A DNA stretch of 59,818 nt, counting the filler, from Diploschistes diacapsis (lineage: Eukaryota), in NCBI GenBank assembly GCA_023645945.1. It is 6 parts of 6 records of this genome, joined end to end, with 100 filler letters (N's around TTAATTAATTAA, not from the genome) between each part and the next. Parts side by side here need not be neighbours in the genome. Positions count along the whole stretch, not along the records: positions 47,490 to 53,606 come from JALAIB010001435.1; positions 53,707 to 59,818 come from JALAIB010001436.1; 4 more parts are not named here. One strand, written 5' to 3'. The notes under the pieces are model-generated. The model did not search any database, was not told the DNA's origin, and saw nothing but the letters and a program-made list of their open reading frames with translations. Of this stretch, positions 52,060-59,818 are shown in pieces (the stretch's first letter is position 1; each line of letters starts with the position of its first letter). A program made the translations under genes and the position numbers.

Positions 52060-53606
52060 ATGGCACAAACTCTATATAAAAAGCGCGAGGGCATACTAGG
52101 CCTTTCCAAGAACAAACAACAACTATCATGGACGCCATCAGTTCCTCCTGGCGCGCCGCCAGAGCTGACCGTGCTCGTGCCGAACATTACCAACCTACAG
52201 CAAACACCACCAGACAAGCCAAAGATCATGTTAAAGCTGACGGCTCAGTCCCAAAACAACATCGAGCCGGTTGTACACACGTTTACTTTCAGCTCGGCCG
52301 AAGATGCGCGCAGACAAGCAGATTCCTTGAGAGACTCCCTTCGAGAAGCCATACAGGTGGCGCAACGAGTAAAGGAGTCCGAGATAATGGAGGTAGATGG
52401 CGATGGGGCTCCAGCTGCCCTAGCAATCGCAAGTGCCGTAAAGAAATCCGAGAAAGGCTCTAACTCGTGGTACAGCGATGAGCAGCTCAAGGCTGACTCC
52501 GAGCTGCAGAAAGCATTGCTCAGAGCAGATACCACCTTGCATAATACATTCATGGAATCAATGCGTACCAAGCCAGAATCGATTTCAAACTCAAAATTTG
52601 GAGAACAATTCTGGACCTCCAGGCTGAATCTGCTAAGGGCCTATGCTATTGAACAAAATCAGAACAAAGGGGCGTACAACGTTCTTGCAACGGTCAAGAC
52701 ATATAGTGAAGGCAATACCACGAAGATGAACATTACGCAAGAACAAATACATCTAATCTTTACACAGTATCCGCTTGTGCAGAGGATATACGACGAAATC
52801 GTCGAAAAGGCTGCCGATGTCGACGGTAAGACGAAACTATCCGATAGAAGGTTCTGGACTCGCTTCTTCCAGTGTAGGCTTCTCAAGCAATTCAAAGGCG
52901 AGCGCATAACAGATGCCGACCCCAAGGACAATCTGTTCGACAAATACATGAACCGAGAAGAACAAGCAAAGCTCAGAGAACGTACCCTAGCAGCTCACAT
53001 CCCGCACATCATTGACTTAGAAGGCAACGAACAGAACCATAGTCAACGTAAAGGGAATGCTCCTGATCTGCTGATGCGTCCGACATCCCTCGACAAAGTG
53101 CCCATTATTCGGAAGCTAAATTGGATGAGTGAAGAGATCATGGCTCAAGTAGCCCCCAACGACGTGGATCCTTCGGAGCCGATCGGCATGGACGAGGAGA
53201 CTTTCAACGCTCTCGCTCTGAAGGATCTACAGGGCGATGCAGCCGACAGCCGCCTTATCCTCAACGTAAAGGACCAGAGCCGGTTCTTCAGCGGCAAAAA
53301 TACCTCCGCCGATCTCGACCTCCTAGCCTCCACCAAAACCATACCCGCGCAACTACTCTCAAACCTCAAAGCCTCCCTCTCCATTCCAGACGCCTCCACC
53401 CAGCCCCCGAAAAAGCGCCAAAAAATCTCGTCCCTCGCAACCTCCCTCGGCCTCAACCCCGACTCCTCCTCTTCCTCCTCCGAAGACGACTCTCCCACAG
53501 CCATAACCAAGAAACCGCCACCCAGAGTTTCCAAACACCCCCCGCACTTCTCCTCCCGCCGCTCCCTAACCGCTGCCTCCACCCAACTCTTCACCCTCGT
53601 CTCCCT
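52060..53606 (+). CDS. TFB1: TFIIH subunit Tfb1/p62, 3' truncated by the gap
   Basis: N-terminal PH domain (YKKREG...ITNLQQTP), BSD regions (FWTSRLNLLRA, GAYNVL, FWTRFFQ) and IIDLEGNE. Confidence 0.9.
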
Positions 53607-53942
53607 NNNNNNNNNNNNNNNNNNNNNNNNNNNNNNNNNNNNNNNNNNNNTTAATTAATTAANNNNNNNNNNNNNNNNNNNNNNNNNNNNNNNNNNNNNN
53701 NNNNNNGAAATAACCAAGGGCCAATAACCCCTTCAGGTTCCCCCATATCGCCGTCTTTGTAACCCCCAAGCGCCTCGCTTATCCGAAAGTGAATCAGCTG
53801 GAAACATAAAGGGTATCAGCGAGAAAAGAGCCGCAGCGTAGCGCATAGAATTACAGATCGCATCCGGGAGTCGAAGAAACACCCCTTCCGGCAGATCGTC
53901 ATGAATTAAAGATTCGGAAAGTGATGTGAGAAGCGAAAGGGC

Positions 53943-55268
53943 TCAGTTGCTTCGCATCGGGCTGTCCTCGCCGGAACTAACGTCCCTTGCCTCTGGCGAA
54001 CTCGACTTGGCGTCCGAGGTTGTTTTGCCGCAGCCTTTAACGAGGATGTGTCTCTGTTGAAGGTGTCAGGTGCAGTTCGTCGATGAGATGGAAGAAGGGA
54101 TGCTTACCTTGAGCGCATCCTTGCGGCTGAAGCTCTTGTCGCAATGTCCGCATGGGAATGGCTTCACTGCCAGGTGGATCCTCTTATGCCTCTTCAGATC
54201 GTGGTTACGGTTGAAACTCTGAGGGCATTGGTCGCACTTGAATGGCCGATCGGCTGGCTGCTGGCCCGGCTGGGCTCCGTACATGTGCTGCATCTGAGCG
54301 GCGTGGCCCGAGTTGAAGATCGGCATCATTCCACTGTGCGTCATTGTCATTTGCTGAGTCGGGCCGTGCATGCCCGACATCACCGAAGGGATGCCGTGGG
54401 CAGCGTACGACGGCTGAGCGAATTGCTGCATCGGCTGACTGACCGAAGAAATGCGACTGCCCGGAGCGGACATGGAGACAGGAGACTGCAAGGGAGGCGA
54501 TTGGGAGGGGAACTGAGGGTACTGGGAATGTTGGAGGTTTAAAGAGGGCCGGCTGCTAGGGTAGTAGCCCGGGGTTGGCGGAAGCGCCTGTTGATAGCGA
54601 TCCGGTGCATGGACCGGAGAGGCTTGCGAAGGTAACGAGACCGGCAGCGTATGAAAGTGCATCCCTTGCTGGTGCTGGCTTGCAGTCCCGGGAGAGATGG
54701 CCCCTGGCTGGTTCAGAGAGTGAGGGAAGGGAGGAAGAGCACCGAGGTCGTATGATGGCGGAGCTAGTTGTTCGGAAGGCGAGCCGGACGTTCCACTCTT
54801 CATGAGCGATGCAAGGGAGGGAGAAAATCGGCCGCGGGTGGAATCGAAAGCGGTGGCGTTTGAATTCCACGCTTGGGCAAGTGTCGTCGGTAATTGATTC
54901 GGCGTTGAGCCAGTACCTCCGCCATGCTGACCCCAGTAGCCGGTTGGCGTGTACGGGGGAAGTCCGATCGCGGCTGGGTTGGAAGCGCTGGTGGAGCCGG
55001 ACGACATGGGGCTGAGGCTCTCGCCCGGGATATTCGATGGCGGGGTAAGGAGGGCGTTGATGCTGCTTTGGGACACTTGGCCGTTTGCAACGGTCGGCAA
55101 CGCTGATGACGACAATGGACCGCCAAACTTTGCTGTCAGTGCGTTCACCGGAAGCTCCAGGGGCCCAGGCAGATTGTTCGTTGCCGTCCTTCTGGAGGTC
55201 AAGCTCGATGTTCCAAGCATGGAGTTGGACATTATGGCTCCTTGTGGCGGGAGGAGCACTGCAGCCAT
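53943..55268 (-). CDS. C2H2 zinc-finger transcription factor (two C-terminal fingers)
   Basis: PFKCDQCPQSFNRNHDLKRHKRIHLAVKPFPCGHCDKSFSRKDALK|RHILVKGCG. Intron ~54055-54107; first in-frame ATG at 55268. Confidence 0.9.
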
Positions 55269-56297
55269 ACCGTCCGAGCCGTCTCGCTTTTCGGGCTTGT
55301 GGCGATCGCCCTCGACGCTAGGAGGAGTTGGAAGAGTTGTGGTTGGAGGGATAGAGGTTATCTGCGAAGCGCTCACGCCCGGCCACTGCTGACCGGCCTG
55401 TCTGTGTGAGAAATCCAGGGAGGGCAATGCTATCCTCGCTGCGGAAAGAGGAATAGGTTGAGCGAGCGGTACGGCCTGGAGAGGTCTTGCCGTGCAGATG
55501 TACGGGCAGCCTGGATACGTCCGCTGTTGGCGCAGTGGAACTGGGTAGCCGTCGTGAATACTCGTTGATTGGGGATCGATTATCAGATGCCGGCGGAAAG
55601 AGGACACTAGGCCTTCGGTCCCAAGTCAGTTCCTTTGTACAGAGATGCTCGCAAGCGGACTGCTGGGTCTTTGTCTGAAGCGCGAGTGGTATTCGTTGTT
55701 GATCCGAATGAAAAGCTGTGTTCGAGATACCTTTGTTGCTATGCGCGCCGACGATCCTTCGATTTGTACGTGAGATTGAAGATCCGGAATGTGTGAAGGG
55801 GGGGATCGAGGTAGCAACAGCTCAGGTCCTGGTTCTGTCGATCAAAGCTTTGAACCACGTGGGGTGTTTATGTGGCAGTTGAGTGATGATCTCGTGGAGT
55901 GACTTGTCGGACTTCGGTCAAAGAGGCATTCACGATGACTGCTCGATTCACGCAGCAGCGAGGCGTTGTTTGAGGAGAGTCAAGGAGGTATATTTATGGG
56001 AAGGATGGCTTTTTTGATATGGCAGGAATGTGGTGATAGTGGTTGTTCTTTTTGCTTGGAGTCAAGCCCAAAGCCCTCGGGGTGGAAGTCGAATGGGAAA
56101 GGGGAAAAGCGGGATGCAGATCCCTTTGTTTAAGTGAAGCTTGGGTCAGGGCTGGGCTGGGCTGGGCCTGGACGCAATAATTATAATAATAGAGACACAC
56201 AGGATTTACACAGGAAGAGGTAGTAGTAAACCAGAATTTCTCTCGTAGTACTACCACTACTACTAGAGCCTGGAGGCCAAGAAGAGATCAGGGCCAG

Positions 56298-56374
56298 AGG
56301 AAGAGAGAAAGAGAGGGAGAGGGAGAGAGAGGGAGAGAGAGAGAGACCACACACACACACACACACACACACAC
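56298..56374. repeat. Compound (GA)n(CA)n microsatellite
   Basis: Read directly, upstream of the C2H2 gene. Confidence 0.9.
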
Positions 56375-59300
56375 GGGAAGGCTGACGGATGGCGGTCCCC
56401 ACGGCCTGGAACTTTCTCGACTAACTTTCACGCCTGTTTCTGCCCACTGGCCACCACCACACACTACTACAAGAAGGACGACGATTACGGACGAACTAGG
56501 TACATGTACAGTATCTTATTATGCCTACAGATATATACATACTATTTATGAAACCACTGTCTACCTTGTGCTTGTAAGGAGCATAGTTCCTTAGATCTTG
56601 TATCCCTTGTATCATTCCCAGTCTGCTTGTCCTCTTCACCTCTGTACCTTTTACAGGCTCCTCCTAACTCTCCCCTTCCTACTTCTTCCTCTTTCCTATT
56701 CATCTTCCAAATCGATGGGCACATGTTCCGGGCAGGGTTCAGGGGTCGTTGGGTCCGTAACAAACAACGGGCACTCAACCTGGCCATGGTTGTGAAAAAA
56801 AGAACCCCCCTGTACGATCTTAATGGGTAATGGGTGCGCGTGCCCGAATCTGTTACCGCCATTGATAGTGGTAGCAGTAGTAATTAGTGTACCTTTGTAG
56901 TAAGTGGGTGTCGTGTCGTGTCGTGTCGTGTTATGTCTGAGTTGTCTGTGACCCTCCCCCCCTCCCCCCCCCAAAAGATGAGGAGCTTCCTCGCTTGGAT
57001 TTTTAGCTCACCTATCAACTCCTCGGCCCCTCCTAGTAATAATCAAACAACAACCTCTCAATTCTGCCCCATTCAAACTGTAAACTCCGTGACACTGCCC
57101 TCGCTTCCTTGGCTTTGATTGAGGAAGTCGCAATACTAATCAGACATTTCCCATGTTCTCTGTCTCGCTTTACTCCGTATATGATGCAGGCCTATACTTG
57201 GACACCGCTGCATCTGAGACACAGGTTTGGCCGGCCATTCAGGGACCTCGATCGCTGCACCAATTTCCATTTTGCCGCTTGCATGGAGAACAAAAACAAA
57301 CTAGTTCGTGATAAAAAACCAGATGCAGTTATACTGACCGAAATAATCACGATTGCATAAAGTAAATTACCGGGAGTTTTGCAATCTCCGTCTCCCCCAC
57401 CACCACTTCTGTATATGTGCATCAGATTCCTGAAGTAGATAGCATCGAAGATAATGGCTAAAAAAGCGTTAGATGTGGAATGAGTTATTATGGATATCAT
57501 CCAAAGTGCCTGCAAAAGGGGCGTAGAGGTTAATGGTAAAATATCAATTCATTTATGTAGAAACCTCGCACACATACGGACGTTCTCGACGTTCTCCTCG
57601 CAGCGTTTGCTCGTTGAACTTCTCCTAGCGTCCTGGTTGCCGTTGTCCAAAAAGTCCAGGCCACCCGCGCCAAGATCCCCCAGGCAACTCCCAGAGTGGG
57701 CAGCAGCAGCAGCAGCAGCAGGGAACACACTTTCCTTTTGCTTTTCTATACGTCTGCTGTACATTAGTAGTAAAGTCACTTCATGAATGCTTTTGGGTGC
57801 ATGTGTCTTTTGTTTTAATCTCTTATTCCGCTTGGCATCACATCCAGCCTTCCTCCCCTGAGATGGGGGGTTCTACCACACGTGCGTTGTTGCACAGACG
57901 ACGTGTGTTCCCCATCATGCCTTCGGTATTTCCCACAAGTGCAGGCAGCCAGCCCCCCTTCGAAAAGATTCTCTGGTCGGTTACGTTCAGACTAAACTAC
58001 AAATGGAAGAGGAAAAAAGGCTTCGATCTGATCTGGGAAGTTGCGGAAGCAGATGGATGATGACGCGCTAGTAATAGTGCGTCACTGCAGCTTATTGTCT
58101 GTTGGTTTCGAAATATTTACATCCCGTTTGGGGATAGAATAATAAATAATACTGTAAGCTTTCGCTCAAGGGGCTCATCGCTTGTTGCTGCAGCTGTCGC
58201 GCCAAGCCAAGCACGATATGATGCCTCTCCAACCCTTCACGCGCCGACCGAGAACCAGGAAAAGCATCGTCCATTGAAAGCCAGAAATCTAAATTTGGGA
58301 GGCTCATACGCGTCTCCACCGCAAGAATGATTATTTGTTTGTTTTGCCAAAAAAAAGGATTGCGGGAGGGGAGAGAAAAGGCTCCAGAAACAAGGGTGCC
58401 CCACCAGGCACCGGGGTTTCCAGAGCAGCAAAACGCATGGCAAACCAAAGTACGCCGGCAACCAAGGGGTTAAATAAACCCTTCCACTTGCAGGTCCCCA
58501 CTCAAAGGCCAAAACTGCTTTTACTCGAAAGACAACCGTCTCCATCGAGCCAAGAGTCTAACGTAAGCTATGCATAAGAGCCATGACCATCTGGGGTCAT
58601 ACAGGCCCACGATTCAAGCTGTAGTGACGCGCTCTCAATGCCGATCGGTATAACTGTGTCCTGCCGACACCTACCAAGACGTCTTGTGCACGTCTTCAAG
58701 TATCGCAGGTGTAGCCTGCCGTGGTGCTTGTGGTCCTCGTCCCGAATTTTCAAACCACCCGATCGGGGCGAGTGGCGTGGCCCGCCTCTCTGATAAGGTT
58801 ACGTGCATGTCCGGCGCCGGAGGAAAGGGACCTTTCGCGTGGTTACAGGACCTCGACAATCCTCGGCCACTGCTAATCGTTGTCACGAGCGGTCCTTTAG
58901 AACTGGAATTCGTGATATGGCATTTCCCGATAACAACTGCCAGGCTTTACTGATGGAAATTAGTCGGATAACCTTGTTACATAGCACAAAGAGGATTCGG
59001 CGCTCGGTGAAAATGTGGTATTTTCAGAGCTTGTATTCACCAATCCGGGCATTGCCTAAGATCGTGGAATCGGATGCATAACGTTGTACCTGTGAGATTC
59101 GAGGTTCAAGTTGCTGTAGCGTATTGACCTAGTTGTAGTCGGGGTTCATTAAGCTCAGAGAGGCAGCTGAGAGCTTTTTCTCCTTTGAGTTTCGTCAAGC
59201 CCCGGCAGCGGTTGCCCTGTAGAGAAGAGAGGCGTTCTCTAAGCAGTGGTACGGGTATCAATCGACACATTGGATGGGAACAGAAGGGGGCCAGTGAAGA

Positions 59301-59818
59301 TTTTGGCGCCTTGGAGGCAGCCAGTAGGTAGCTCTCCGTAAAGCCAATCCCCCCATTAACAGGCTTCGGCTGGCTAGCTCACACCATGGCAACCCAGTTT
59401 TCGAGTTGCGCCTAAGCCTGCAGGCTGCTGGCCACGCGCTTGGAAGCTTCCTTGGGCTGCAGTGCCTGCCAAGGTCATGCAACCCATTCAGAACAGGCAA
59501 ACGGAAAACGCATCAAGGGCTACGGTACGGTATTCGACGTAACCTCTCGCAGAAGAAACACTGCTCTGGTCTGCATTGCATCGGTCAAGACAGAAACACG
59601 GACTGAGATTCGTCGGTCTGCAGGGGCCGTCAAGAATGGCATCCCACGCGAGGGGTTACTTGATAGGAGAGCCCGATGCAGCGGAGCACTAAAATAGACG
59701 GATGGAATAAGGAATGGGCACGCAGAGCACGACGGGGGGTCGGTAGTCGCCGCGTGCTCTCGATGGCAGAAGCCCTGCTTGAGTCCCTGCCCCAGGGGGT
59801 CTGGGGGTCTGGGGGTTC

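Noticed and set aside
53943..55268. Naming the C2H2 gene flbC or mtfA
   Set aside because: The finger sequence does not match what I recall for those proteins, so it is left unnamed.

Overview
Filamentous ascomycete genomic DNA: intron-containing genes and RIP-like AT-rich repeat remnants, in six segments joined by artificial N44-TTAATTAATTAA-N44 linkers. The first segment (1-28699) is an accessory-looking island bounded by AT-rich decayed repeats. It holds an amino-acid permease, a PTH11-like membrane protein, an MFS transporter, a GNAT, an AsaB/CmcJ-like oxygenase, a LovB/TwmB-type truncated PKS-NRPS (KS-AT-DH-cMT-ER0-KR-ACP-C, no A-T-R), a wax-synthase/Tri7-type MBOAT, an acyl-CoA ligase-like adenylating enzyme and a P450. 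Codon-level reading shows the cluster core is broken. The PKS-C has 3 in-frame stops and 2 single-base frameshifts, the P450 has a nonsense codon in the conserved EPLREE motif, and the ligase is frameshifted. The MBOAT, oxygenase, GNAT and transporters look intact. The remaining segments hold a second MBOAT, RPA49 with a long N-terminal extension, RIM1, Myb, Zn2Cys6 and C2H2 transcription factors, KGD1 and TFB1. All assignments come from motif recognition by eye; no database search was run.
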